Assembly (NCBI GenBank): GCA_040755255.1
Contig: JBFLZZ010000004.1
Coordinates: forward strand, 49,849 to 113,848
From: Thermodesulfobacteriota bacterium
GTDB lineage: Bacteria; Desulfobacterota; Desulfobulbia; Desulfobulbales; S012-135
Direction of reading: 5' to 3'
DNA: 64,000 nt
The position numbers were made by a program, and so were the translations under genes. The notes below the pieces were generated by a model that searched no databases, was not told where the DNA came from, and worked only from the letters and a program-made list of their open reading frames with translations. Positions 11,501-19,065 of the stretch are shown piece by piece; positions within the stretch are counted from its first letter, which is position 1, and every line of letters begins with the position of its first letter.

Positions 11501-11564
11501 TAACGGCGACGGCGTCACCGGCACGGCGGATGTCATCTACCTGCTGCAGCAGATCGGCAAGTAA
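5529..11564 (+). CDS. Giant secreted modular protein. N-terminal SBBP beta-propeller repeats are followed by two copies of an about 75-aa tandem domain array plus a 7-blade RCC1 propeller, then a C-terminal type-I dockerin.
   Basis: Single 2011-codon ORF. A likelier start is GTG 5628 (AAGGAG 8 nt upstream), giving signal peptide VKNQKVTISFCCLFFLISCSFSSSFA. SBBP-type repeats (DxFVAKLdxxGxLqWhTFLGG) lie at about 6290-7560. RCC1 repeats (HSLALKxDGTVVAWG) lie at about 8520-9430 and 10340-11190. The dockerin is GDFNGDGTLDLAD...DANGDGVTGTAD at 11395-11561. Confidence 0.85.
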   Translation: MRIFWLQYGLNLLFFGMGSEKKERRQAEQGEKYVKNQKVTISFCCLFFLISCSFSSSFAYHNENRQHPEPSSPGSANNISNSNWSPTTDLLQFPLDEHVVAFARQTMYVASGDHLLSVAFVGTEGATPSSVPSPAQGNAAPTPTRVSYTNLWPGIDLGYAASADGILESTWTVAPGADPARIQLRYNAPVTLDTDGGLRVAYPTGWMRESAPIAWQEIDGVRRPVQVAFVQRGATEIGFELGRYNPEHPLLIDPTMQWHTFTGGSLWTIGYAIATDRAGNVYVAGRSSNTWGTPKNAHTGYNTIDGFVAKFNGAGELQWHTFMGAYSTTAHDMALLVAVDRGGNVYAGGYGQLSWGSPVNAPAGANDVFIVKLDPAGNRLWNTFLGSPDNDYPYSAVIGDGGDLLVAGRSDASWGSPLNAYSGAGGAIAHEAFVARLNGADGTLRWNTFLGGDGTDVIIDIIGDDVGGYVLAGYSNAGWGAPVNAHAGGAQDAFVAKLDSAGALQWHTFLGGSGADHGQGVAVDGNGSIFVGGYGNATWGAPLNPFAGGDDIFVAKLDGTGVLLWNTFLGSATSDIGGRITLDNAGNVAVAGTSDASWGSAPIRAYSGNKDGFAALLDTDGTLLWNGFLGGANANPAYHDGATDIAADCAGNLYISGVSESPGWGTPVSSFTGTATNTFVARIGEPGHTVCTSAPADQGSFTPAWQLVQNGGTTTFDLTPQPGFAVNTVTGCGGAWSGGNPYTTGAITSNCLVEATFAPLTTFTVDATVDANGAVDTPSQSVYEGTGASFTVTSDAGYAPDTTVGGTCPAGSWSGATYTTGPVIADCTVQFTHSPAHEVSAGVDNHGSLDRVSATVADNSTASFTVTSDPGYLPDTTVGGDCPTGSWNGATYTTGPITAACTVSFTHSPMSYTVAATVDANGTLDAGSKTIAHGTTASFTVTPATSYLPAPAVGGDCPAGSWTGATYTTGTITAACSVSFTTIFTTYAVTPSPGPPAAAIDSGSYHSVALTSGGTVAAWGHSFNAGQTPLPAGLAGVKAVAAGFFFNLAVNGDGTVVAWGHPLLNTFGETSVPQGLNNVKGVAGGWHHALAVKNDGSVVAWGAGTTNTGTHPEYGQAIIPTDIGLVAEVAAGAYHSLALKTNRTVTAWGGFNQYGETTVPQGLSSVRAISAGYSHNLALKLDGTVVAWGAGDKPYISQPHFGQSNVPAGLTDVFAIAAGHYHSLALKADGTVVAWGAGTTSLTSGGSNGVEWGQSMVPAGLTNVVAIAAGERHSLALKDDGSIVVWGENTPNNQGTVPAALQILANGTISPNVAQQVPLGTTTQFTVTPKTGYTASVGGTCGGTLSGTLFTTDVVTGPCTVEAVFFSGGHTVSATVDPHGTLDAASTVVADGATASFTVTPSTGYSTDQAVGGDCPAGSWNGATYTTGAITSPCSVSFSHTILSHTVSAGVDANGTLDKETVAVPHNASASFTVTPSTGYSTDQVVGGDCPAGSWNGSVYTTGAITGACSISFSHTLLNHTVNATVDGQGSLDQSSSTVGHGATASFTVTPGAGQTIDPIVGGSCPTGSWNGSVYTTGPITVDCSVVFSHAVNRYLVSPSPGPLSSLVAAGYFHSMVLNADGTVTPWGYNQYGQTTQPSGLTGVVAVAAGTLHSLALKNDGTVVAWGAGLTDTGSYPEFGQSIVPAGLTDVIAITAGDEHSLALKKDGTVVAWGFNKDGQASVPAGLKDVVAIAAGSIHSLALKGDGTVVAWGGNKQGQTSVPTDLRGVVAIAAGDQHSLALKDDGTVVAWGWNVSGESTVPVGLTGVVAIAAGGNGGGTSLALKGDGRVVAWGDNRDGKTTVPVDVTGVMAVAAGGSHSLALKSDGTVVGWGNNNLGQATAPAAVTLLPFHGVHGTLSPQVPQSIAPGATASFTVTPEPGYSASVGGTCGGTLVGNVYTTDAITADCTVVATFSGAGDFNGDGTLDLADAILGLGVVTDTAPPGTVNADANGDGVTGTADVIYLLQQIGK
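7590..8490 (+). repeat. Coding tandem repeats, period about 222-225 nt (about 75-aa domain, InlB-B-repeat/Ig-like), first array
   Basis: Units start near 7595, 7815, 8037 and 8262. Each reads ..TV.A.VD.(N/H)G.LD....TV..G.TASFTVT...GY.PD..VGG.CP.GSW.GATYTTG.I...C.V.F. Confidence 0.7.
9636..10310 (+). repeat. Coding tandem repeats, exact 225-nt period (3 copies), second array
   Basis: HTVSATVD at 9636, HTVSAGVD at 9861 and HTVNATVD at 10086. Copies 1 and 2 share near-identical stretches of about 100 nt (e.g. gtgacgccgagcaccggctacagcaccgacca at about 9722 and 9951). Confidence 0.8.
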
Positions 11565-11700
11565 GCAACATCAGCCCGGCAGAGAAACGGCCCGACAGGG
11601 AAGGATCGGCAAGGCTGCGTGGTCCCCCCCGTTCGGGCCTGTATCGCAACAGGCATCCGCCATTTCGCCGGGGAGGGGCGCGCGGTCCCTGCGCCATCCA

Positions 11701-12270
11701 TCAGCGGGGAAAAAGCAGCCGGCCGGGATCGTAGCCGAAGCCACGGATATCCTCCACCAACCCCTTGAGGGTCGCATCGTCCAGTTGCGGGGTGCGGGCA
11801 AGAATCCAGACATAGTTCCGCGATGGCTCACCGACGATGACCCAGCGGTAGTCGGGATCGAGCTTCAAAATCCAGTAGTCGCCGTAGAACGGCCAGAAAA
11901 AGCTGACCTTGAGTTTGGCGTTGGTGGTTGCGTCGACCACCTTGGCCTTTCCCTTGGCCTGCTTGACTCGGCCGCCCTCGCCGTCGAGCCGGCAGGAGTT
12001 GATCACCGCAATGGTACCGTCCGGGTTCAGGGCGTAATCGGCGGTCACGCCGCTGCAGCCCTCCTCGAAGCGGTGCGGATAGCGGGCGATCTCGTGCCAG
12101 CGTCCGAGATAACGGCCGAGATCAACGTCTGCCACCGTCGCCAACGGCGGGTAGGCATTGCCTGCGCAGGCCGCCAGACCGAACAGGCCGCAGACGGCGG
12201 CCAGCAGTTTTCTCGTCAGGTGCAGCGCCACGGCCCGGTTCGATTTTCGATCATCGTTGTCGTCGTTCAT
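11701..12270 (-). CDS. blc: Outer-membrane lipoprotein Blc (bacterial lipocalin)
   Basis: ATG at 12268-12270 overlaps the kinase stop (ATGA). Lipobox LAAC. Lipocalin motifs DLGRYLGRWHEIARYP, ADYALNPDGTIAVINSC, YWILKLDPDYRWVIVGEPSRNYVWILAR. Confidence 0.85.
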   Translation of the reverse strand: MNDDNDDRKSNRAVALHLTRKLLAAVCGLFGLAACAGNAYPPLATVADVDLGRYLGRWHEIARYPHRFEEGCSGVTADYALNPDGTIAVINSCRLDGEGGRVKQAKGKAKVVDATTNAKLKVSFFWPFYGDYWILKLDPDYRWVIVGEPSRNYVWILARTPQLDDATLKGLVEDIRGFGYDPGRLLFPR

Positions 12271-14363
12271 TTCTCCCCCTGAAGATAGTTCCGCACCATG
12301 CGCCTGATCTCCGCCGTGGCGATGGGTTTTGCCAGATAATCGTCCATGCCGCTGGCAAGGCAGCGTTCCCGGTCTCCCTGCATGGCATGGGCGGTGAGGG
12401 CAATGATCGGCAGCCGGTTTCGCCCCTCCCTGCCCGCTTCGAGTCCACGGATCGCCCGCGTCGCCTCGAAGCCGTCCATCTCCGGCATCTGCACATCCAT
12501 GAGAACCAGATCGAAACGGTCGCCTGCGATCTTCTCCAGGGCGTCGTGGCCGTTTACCGCCTGGACCACCTCCAGTCCCAGTTTTTCGAGAAGGGCGGTG
12601 GCGAGCATCCGGTTGACGAAATCGTCCTCGGCGAGCAGAACCCGGCCGTGGAGTGGCTCCTCCGCCACCTCCTCGGACAAGGGCAGCATTGCCGATTCCT
12701 CTCCCGCCGCCCCCTGCAACCGCAGCCGGACGGTGAAAAAAAAGGCGGAACCGCGGGCGGTTGATTGTTCCGTCGCCTCGTCGGCGGGCGGGCTCTGCAG
12801 CCACATGCTCCCCCCCATCATCGCCGCCAGCTGCGAGGAGATGGCCAGCCCCAAACCGGTTCCGCCATGGCGGCGGGAATGGGAGCCATCCACCTGGGTG
12901 AATGCGGAAAAAATATCGGCCTGATTTGCCGGCGGGACGCCGATGCCGGTGTCCCGAACGCAGAAAAGCAGTTCCACTTCCCCGTCTCCGGTCTTCCCCA
13001 GATCGATCGAAAGCCGGATTTCTCCCTGTTCGGTGAATTTGATGGCGTTGTCGAGAAGGTTCAGCAGGATCTGCGACAAACGGCCGGGATCGCCGCAGAC
13101 GATCCCCGGCAACCCTTCTCCCAGGTTGCAACGGAGGAGCAGCCCTTTTGTTTCGGCACGAGGCAGGAAAATCGCCACGGTTTCCTCCACCGTCCGGCGC
13201 AATGGGAAGCAGCGTTCTTCCATATCCAGTTTTTTTGCCTCGATCTTGGCAAAATCGAGCACATCGTTGATCACCTGCAGCAGCCGTTCGCCGGAAACCT
13301 TTGCCAGATCGAGATACCTTTTCCTTTCGGTATCGAGGGGGCCGTGTTCCAGCATGGCGAGCAGCCCGAGCAGGCCGCCCAGGGGGGTGCGGATTTCGTG
13401 GCTCATGTTGGCGACGAACTGGCTCTTGGCGACATTGGCCGTCTCGGCCGCTTCCTTGGCGGCGCGCAGTTCCTCCTCGACCCGGGTGCGATCGGTGATG
13501 TCACGGACGATATCGCGGGAGCCCGCCCAGATCCCGTTTTCGAAAATGGCGGTGGAACTGACCTCGATATCCAGCCAGCGGTCGTCCTTGGTGCGCATCT
13601 TGCCGACGAAATGGTCGTATTCCCCCTGCTCCGGCAGCTTACGGAACTCCTCGCCGGAACGGGCGACCTGCTGCGGCGGGATGACATCGTAGACGGTCAT
13701 GCCGAGGAACTCTTCCCGGGAGAAGCCGAAAATCTCAACCGCCTTGCGGTTCACCTCCCGGTAGCGGCAAAACTTGTCGAGAATGAAAATGGCGTCGCTG
13801 GCATTCTCGAACAGATCCCGGTAGCGACGCTCCGACTCCCGCAACGACTCCTCGGCCTTGCGGCGGTCGCTGATATCCCTCGCCAGGGCGAGGATGGCGT
13901 CCGTGTCCTTGAAGCGGATGCGCCGGGCGCTGATCTCGGCAGGGATTCTGCGCCCGTCCCTGGCAACATGCACGGTTTCGAAAAACATCGACCCCTGCAG
14001 GAAGACCTCTCCCATCCGGCCCGCGACCCCGGCGGCGTGTTCCCCGTCGTTGATGGCCTGCGGCCGCATCGCGAGGAACTCCTGACGGCTGTAGCCGAGA
14101 CGGTCCACCGCCGCCTGGTTGACATCGAGAAAATCGCCTTCCCGCCCGATGATGAACGCGGCGTCGTTGAGGTTGTCGAAAAGGTAGCTGTAGAGGGAGG
14201 CCTTTTCCTCCAGGTCCGCGACCGCCCGGCGGAGCCGGGAGATCTCGACCTCGGGATGCTCGCCTTCCGACGTCCTGGCGGCGCCTCCCACCTTCCCCAC
14301 TCCCGGGCGGCACTCCCCCGTCATGGATTTTCCCGAACCGTTCCTGGCGCCGTCACGTTTCAT
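12267..14363 (-). CDS. Hybrid sensor histidine kinase (2x PAS, HisKA, HATPase_c, C-terminal receiver)
   Basis: H-box FVANMSHEIRTPL, N-box LLNLLDNAIKFT, G-boxes DTGIGV and GGTGLGLAIS. Receiver RVLLAEDDFVNR...DLVLMDVQMPEMDG...ALTAHA...YLAKP. Confidence 0.9.
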   Translation of the reverse strand: MKRDGARNGSGKSMTGECRPGVGKVGGAARTSEGEHPEVEISRLRRAVADLEEKASLYSYLFDNLNDAAFIIGREGDFLDVNQAAVDRLGYSRQEFLAMRPQAINDGEHAAGVAGRMGEVFLQGSMFFETVHVARDGRRIPAEISARRIRFKDTDAILALARDISDRRKAEESLRESERRYRDLFENASDAIFILDKFCRYREVNRKAVEIFGFSREEFLGMTVYDVIPPQQVARSGEEFRKLPEQGEYDHFVGKMRTKDDRWLDIEVSSTAIFENGIWAGSRDIVRDITDRTRVEEELRAAKEAAETANVAKSQFVANMSHEIRTPLGGLLGLLAMLEHGPLDTERKRYLDLAKVSGERLLQVINDVLDFAKIEAKKLDMEERCFPLRRTVEETVAIFLPRAETKGLLLRCNLGEGLPGIVCGDPGRLSQILLNLLDNAIKFTEQGEIRLSIDLGKTGDGEVELLFCVRDTGIGVPPANQADIFSAFTQVDGSHSRRHGGTGLGLAISSQLAAMMGGSMWLQSPPADEATEQSTARGSAFFFTVRLRLQGAAGEESAMLPLSEEVAEEPLHGRVLLAEDDFVNRMLATALLEKLGLEVVQAVNGHDALEKIAGDRFDLVLMDVQMPEMDGFEATRAIRGLEAGREGRNRLPIIALTAHAMQGDRERCLASGMDDYLAKPIATAEIRRMVRNYLQGEK

Positions 14364-14532
14364 TCAATTTCGCAACCGGTGGCGACGGTAGTCCTGACGC
14401 CCGGCCAGTGGCCTCCCTTCGGTATTCTCTTTATCGGGCCGAGGAGGGATAAGACACCCACGGCGACGTCGCTGAGCAGCGGTCACCCGTGCCGCGCCGC
14501 AGCCCAACTTCAACCCATCCAACCATAATCGT

Positions 14533-15150
14533 TCACAAAAGATGCAGCAAGCGCAGACCGTCGAAGATCAGCAGCCCCGCAAGGACGAGCAGCAGCCCGC
14601 CTATGATGCGGAGGCTGTACAGATAGGCCCTTCCCTGCAGGAATCTTCTCGATTTCCCGGCCGCCATCGCCAGCGTGACCTTGGAGCCGACCAGAAAAAA
14701 ATAGAAACTGAGCACAAAGGCGCAGGGGGCGACCAGCCCTTCCCCCATCGCCCGCACCACGGTGGGCGCGCCGACGCTCAACCAGAACAAAAAAGGATGG
14801 GGACTGAGAACGTTGGCCAGAATCCCCTTCAGCAGGGGATGTGGCCCGTGGTCCGGGGAGGGGGTTACGGCTCCGGCGCCGGCAATGATCTGGCAACCGT
14901 TGAAAATCAGAAAACAGCCGCCCGCAAGCGAGATCATCCCCAGCACCTGGTGAAACCCCGACAATCTCGACAGGACCAGCAGGGTGAGCAGCACCACGGG
15001 CAGATCGGTGACGAGGGGGGCGAAGGCAACCCTGACTCCCGCCGGCACGCCCCGCCGCAGGGTTTCGGAAAGCACCAGCGCCAGCAGCGGGCCTGGTGCC
15101 AGGCCTGCCGACAGGCCGAGCAGGGTGCCGATGGCCAGATAGTGGATCAC
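14533..15150 (-). CDS. LysE/RhtB family amino-acid exporter
   Basis: Proposed GTG start at 15148-15150 gives 205 aa: (M)IHYLAIGTLLGLSAGLAPGPLLALV..., the typical LysE N-terminus (..G.sPGP). The longer track ORF would overlap the upstream gene. The start is uncertain (no clear SD). Confidence 0.7.
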   Translation of the reverse strand: MIHYLAIGTLLGLSAGLAPGPLLALVLSETLRRGVPAGVRVAFAPLVTDLPVVLLTLLVLSRLSGFHQVLGMISLAGGCFLIFNGCQIIAGAGAVTPSPDHGPHPLLKGILANVLSPHPFLFWLSVGAPTVVRAMGEGLVAPCAFVLSFYFFLVGSKVTLAMAAGKSRRFLQGRAYLYSLRIIGGLLLVLAGLLIFDGLRLLHLL

Positions 15151-15167
15151 GGTAACGGCAGCCCGGA

Positions 15168-16541
15168 TCAGGTTGAAGGCGGCTTCGCCGGCCCCACCGG
15201 GCAGGGGCGCAAAAAGGCCTCCTCCTCGGCGCGGTCGCCGCAGCAGGCGGCCAGGAAACGGCGGTGATCGAGATCGGCTTCCCGCTGCGCCTCCTGCCGG
15301 ATTGCCTCCACCGCCGCCATGTCCTCGTGGATCAGGTCGGTGAGGTCGGGATCGAGTTTGCCGTGGGCGGCCATGGTGCGCATGATATCGTCGGTGGAGC
15401 GGCCGCTCACCCCGCATCGGTAGGGACGGTCTTCGGTGAGGGCGGTGAAGGTGTCGGCCACCGCCAGCAGCCGGGCGGGGAAAGGGATCTCATCCTGGCG
15501 CAGCCGGTAGGGGTAGCCGGAACCGTCGAGCCGCTCGTGGTGCAGCGCCGTCCATCGGCCGATATCCCGGAAGCCTTCGGTGGCGCGCAGGATTCTTTCC
15601 GAGAAATAGGGGTGCTTGCGGATCACCGCGAAATCCTCGACGTCCAGCGCCTGACTTTTTTCCAGGATTTCCGCGGGCACCACCAGTTTGCCGATGTCGT
15701 GCAGCAGGCCGGCCATGAACATCCGGGCAACCTGCCGCTCATTCTGGCCGCTCTTCCAGGCCAGCCGCGAAACAACGGCGGCGACTCCCCGGGAATGGGT
15801 GGCGGTGAACCTGCTGCGAAAATCGATGAGCCGGCAGAAAAGGGTGGCCAGGGTCAGCAGATCGTCCTCGCTCAACTCCACCGTTCCCAGGGGAAGCCGA
15901 TCCCGGAGAAAGTCATCCACGGCCGGCGGGGTGAGATCCAACCAGAACGCCTCCCGCCGGGAGAGGGCAGCGAAGGCTGCCACCTGGTCCGGCACGAACA
16001 TGGCACCCCGGTCCGCCTCGATGCGCTGGCGGATCTCCTCCTTCTGGACCAGGATTTCCCGCCCGGTGCGGATCTGCACCGCCACCCGGTCGGCAAGGTG
16101 GATGACGTGGCTGAGTTCCGGCACCTCCATTTGCCGATATTCACGGCCATCGCCCTGCTGCCAGTCGACATGGTGAAAACGCACGAGACGGGCCGCTTCC
16201 CGTAACGGCGGGAAAAGGGCGAGGAGCAGGTACCCGGGCTTGGCATGCCGATCCGGTTCATTCTGTTCGAAATCGAAACTCTCCAACCGGTCTCTCAGCG
16301 ACAACCCGCCGATGTCGTGCACGGCACCGGCAAGGGCGAGCAGGCGGCAGTCCTCGTCGGCAAGGCCGAGTTCCCTGCCGATGGCGGCGGCGAGGAAGGA
16401 AACCCGCCGGTGGTGACTGACCAGCAGGGGGCTGGCCAGGTCGGTGGCCTCGCTGATGCTCAGCAGCAGATCGACCAGATCGACACGATACCGCTCCCGG
16501 CTTCCAGTATCCGGTTCGGCCGCGGGGGTGATGGCCTGCAC
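15168..16541 (-). CDS. Tandem HD-domain protein: degenerate N-terminal HD plus canonical C-terminal HD-GYP c-di-GMP phosphodiesterase
   Basis: GTG start abuts the upstream stop. Second module: THSRGVA...LLHDIGKLVVP...HHERLDGSGYPYRL (HD-GYP signature). First module retains HHRRV...VHDIGG but lacks GYP. Confidence 0.85.
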   Translation of the reverse strand: MQAITPAAEPDTGSRERYRVDLVDLLLSISEATDLASPLLVSHHRRVSFLAAAIGRELGLADEDCRLLALAGAVHDIGGLSLRDRLESFDFEQNEPDRHAKPGYLLLALFPPLREAARLVRFHHVDWQQGDGREYRQMEVPELSHVIHLADRVAVQIRTGREILVQKEEIRQRIEADRGAMFVPDQVAAFAALSRREAFWLDLTPPAVDDFLRDRLPLGTVELSEDDLLTLATLFCRLIDFRSRFTATHSRGVAAVVSRLAWKSGQNERQVARMFMAGLLHDIGKLVVPAEILEKSQALDVEDFAVIRKHPYFSERILRATEGFRDIGRWTALHHERLDGSGYPYRLRQDEIPFPARLLAVADTFTALTEDRPYRCGVSGRSTDDIMRTMAAHGKLDPDLTDLIHEDMAAVEAIRQEAQREADLDHRRFLAACCGDRAEEEAFLRPCPVGPAKPPST

Positions 16542-17015
16542 TCAGCCCCCCGCTTCCATCACCGAGGCGATGGCGAAGGCTTCGGCCAGGGCGATCAGGC
16601 CCCAGAAGGACAATTCCAGAACGATGAGCGGCAGGGGTTCGCCGAATTGGTTGAAGGGGGTGAAGAATTCCCAGAACAGAAAGCTCAGGAAAAACAGCAG
16701 CCCGGCCAGCCGCAGGGCGCGCGGCGCGATTCCCTGCGGCCAGGCCGGGGCGAGCCAGCGGTAGATGAAGGCATGGCCGATGGCGAACAGCAGCAGCCCG
16801 GCGATGATCGGAGCGGGCCTGGCCACGACCAGGGGCAGCGGCTCAAGTTCGGTCCAGACCGCGATGAGTTTCCGGCTCTGCATGGCGGAACTGAGCAGGA
16901 CGCCGCCGCCGTTCCAGCCGAAGCCGACCGCCCGGAAGGTCAGCAGCATGGCGAGATTCATCGCCATGCCGCCGGCCAGCCCGGCACCCAGGGTTCTCGT
17001 GATATTGCTGTTCAT
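16542..17015 (-). CDS. Hypothetical polytopic membrane protein (4 predicted TM segments)
   Basis: 157-aa ORF with an ATG start and hydrophobic segments. Its stop abuts the HD-GYP start, so an operon is likely. No family recognised. Confidence 0.6.
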   Translation of the reverse strand: MNSNITRTLGAGLAGGMAMNLAMLLTFRAVGFGWNGGGVLLSSAMQSRKLIAVWTELEPLPLVVARPAPIIAGLLLFAIGHAFIYRWLAPAWPQGIAPRALRLAGLLFFLSFLFWEFFTPFNQFGEPLPLIVLELSFWGLIALAEAFAIASVMEAGG

Positions 17016-17154
17016 GTGTCGCTGCTATGGCCGGAGCCGGAGGTTGGTTTCACGGTGATGTCGCCTTTCCGCGGGCTTCGCTTCCCGCGCCCGCCTCGGT
17101 GAATGCTGCCCGGACAAGTTCCTTCGAAGGCATCGCCGATGCCCCGTACCTTCT

Positions 17155-17478
17155 TCAGGTAATGCCAAACTGCACGACATCCCTGGCCTCAGGGTCAATG
17201 TCGAGGCCGTTGATCTGCACCGTCGGGCTGCCTATATGGCGGTACTCTGCGGCTTCTTCCGGGCTGCGGACAATCACGTGAGTGAAATCGATAGCGATGC
17301 CCAGCTCCGCCGCCGTTTCTTTGACCAGGGCGATGGTGGACGGGGTGGCGGCGCATCGTTCCAAGGACACCACTCGCACCTGCATCATGGCTCCCTCCTG
17401 ACCGCGACGCTCCTGACCGCAGGCGGCAGCAATGCCCGCGACAAAGAATAACGCCACCATGAACAAATGCAATTTCAT
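17155..17478 (-). CDS. Small lipoprotein with a thioredoxin-fold/DUF2703-like core
   Basis: GAGG RBS. Signal and lipobox MKLHLFMVALFFVAGIAAAC. The motif ...SPEEAAEYRHIGSPTVQINGLDID resembles DUF2703/Thioredoxin_3 proteins. The family call is tentative. Confidence 0.5.
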   Translation of the reverse strand: MKLHLFMVALFFVAGIAAACGQERRGQEGAMMQVRVVSLERCAATPSTIALVKETAAELGIAIDFTHVIVRSPEEAAEYRHIGSPTVQINGLDIDPEARDVVQFGIT

Positions 17479-17552
17479 ATCTGATTACCTCGAATCTTCA
17501 GCCTATTTCCGGCGAGGAGGATATTCCCAAGCTGGACGCCTGCCGGCGGGCG

Positions 17553-17935
17553 TTCCTTTCTTTGCCGGCCAAAGAAGATGGATTCGTAAAAACTGGCAAC
17601 CCGCGTCATTGCGAGGAGCGGAGCGACGAAGCAATCCAGTATTTTCAATGAGTTACAAACTCATGGATTGCTTCGCTACGCTCGCAATGACCCTGGTTTT
17701 GGGTTATTACGACTCCATCAAAGAAAGGAACCAAAGAAAGGCCGGCCTTCACTTGCCCCCGCTGCGCGGGGGTTCCCCCCGTTCCTTGTCGCGGCCGGGC
17801 GCTGCGGAACTCGGCCCTGCGCGCCTCAGACAGCGGAGTCTCCGCCGCTGTCGCGGCTCCGCTTACCTGCTCGCGCTTTTTCCGGCGACTCCTGCGTCTC
17901 TCCGGCTGCGTGAAAATGGCATCCGAAAATGCATA
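17553..17935. repeat. Cluster of REP/BIME-like extragenic palindromes, including an about 157-nt imperfect long hairpin (17571-17727)
   Basis: Arms gtcattgcgaggagcggagcgacgaagcaatcc (17606-17638) and ggattgcttcgctacgctcgcaatgac (17665-17691) are inverted copies with an apex palindrome atgagttacaaactcat. Flanking arms gatggattcgtaaaaac and gattattacgactccatc also pair. GC-rich hairpins lie further on (cccccgctgcgcggggg; gacagcgg...ccgctgtc). Confidence 0.6.
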
Positions 17936-18092
17936 CTGAAGGAATCCAGGCTACCGAAATAGCAGCCTTGCAATTGGCTGAACTTCGACGGTAATCAGAA
18001 TTTCATAAGCGTGGGGTCACGGTTTGCCCTTTGCTGTCGTCACAGAAATTTTTTCCAGTTTCATCCTTCCATGCGCGCCAGATGCAAAGGGT

Positions 18093-19049
18093 TCAGGCTT
18101 CCCGGCTGACAAGACTTTCCAGTTCGGCCTTGACTCTCCTCACCTGCTCTGCCAGTTCCGGCCTCTCCCGCATCCGGTCCGACAACCGGCGGGCAGCCGA
18201 GCTGACGCTCGCAACGTCCCGGTTGACATGCCTGGCGACGTCGGAAAGGGTCGCGCAACCCAACTCCCGGGCAAGCCAGCCCACCACCGCACGCGCCTCG
18301 CAGGCGACCCTTTGCTGGGACACCGCCTTCAACCTCGCCTCGTCCACATGATAGGCGCGGCAGACCGCATCGGCGATCTCCTTGGCCGTCAAGCGAAGAG
18401 GTCTTCTGACATCGAAGTCCAATAGGCACTTTTGGGCAAAGTCGTCGTCACCGAGAATCCGCGGATCTTCTTCACCGCCGTGAAACTCGGGACGGTGCGC
18501 TTCCCCCAGCCTGTCGAGCACGAAGGCCCTGTACCCCGCCCGGGCCTTGCCCACCGATTTTCCGAACTGCCCGAGGACCCAGTCGGTGGTCAGCCAGGGG
18601 AGCGATTCCTTGCCAAGGTAGGCCGTGTGACCACTCCAGGGATATTCCCCGGGATCGTTGACCATTCCGGCCCGTACCGGATTGAGGTGAATATAGCGGA
18701 CCAATTCGAGCAGATAGCGATCACCATCCACCAGAACGGCTTTATAACGCCCCTGAAAGAGGTGGCCGGTTCTCTTTTCCCTCTGGTTGATCCAGCGGGT
18801 AAACCGAAAGGACAGATTCTGCATGCCCTGTGACAGGGGAATGTCGCCGGCCTGCAGGGCAAGATGGATATGGTTGGTCATCAGACAGAAGGCGTGAACC
18901 CGGTACCCGAACCGACTGGTTCCCTCCTGCAGCAGAAGGAAAAAACGGTGCCGATCGTCGTCTGCGAGAAAAACGGGTTGGCCGCCATTGCCGCGAAGGA
19001 TGACGTGGTAGAGACCGCCTGGAAGATGAATGCGTGGCTTGCGCGCCAT
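18093..19049 (-). CDS. REP-associated tyrosine (Y1, IS200/IS605-like) transposase with a C-terminal DnaA-domain-IV-like HTH
   Basis: MARKPRIHLPGGLYHVILRGNGGQPVF...HAFCLMTNHIHLALQ (HUH motif) ...GHLFQGRYKAVLV (catalytic Y region). The C-terminus ...ARAVVGWLARELGCATLSDVARHVNRDVASVSSAARRL resembles Bac_DnaA_C. An alternative upstream start at 19085 would overlap the RT gene. Confidence 0.85.
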   Translation of the reverse strand: MARKPRIHLPGGLYHVILRGNGGQPVFLADDDRHRFFLLLQEGTSRFGYRVHAFCLMTNHIHLALQAGDIPLSQGMQNLSFRFTRWINQREKRTGHLFQGRYKAVLVDGDRYLLELVRYIHLNPVRAGMVNDPGEYPWSGHTAYLGKESLPWLTTDWVLGQFGKSVGKARAGYRAFVLDRLGEAHRPEFHGGEEDPRILGDDDFAQKCLLDFDVRRPLRLTAKEIADAVCRAYHVDEARLKAVSQQRVACEARAVVGWLARELGCATLSDVARHVNRDVASVSSAARRLSDRMRERPELAEQVRRVKAELESLVSREA

Positions 19050-19065
19050 GGAGGGAATATACCTT

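Noticed and set aside
17432-17962. 176-aa ORF (and 17668..17913) across the palindrome cluster
   Set aside because: It is simply a translation of REP-like repeats (e.g. ...CFATLAMT..., SLRGAERRSNP). Such reads-through are well-known annotation artefacts.
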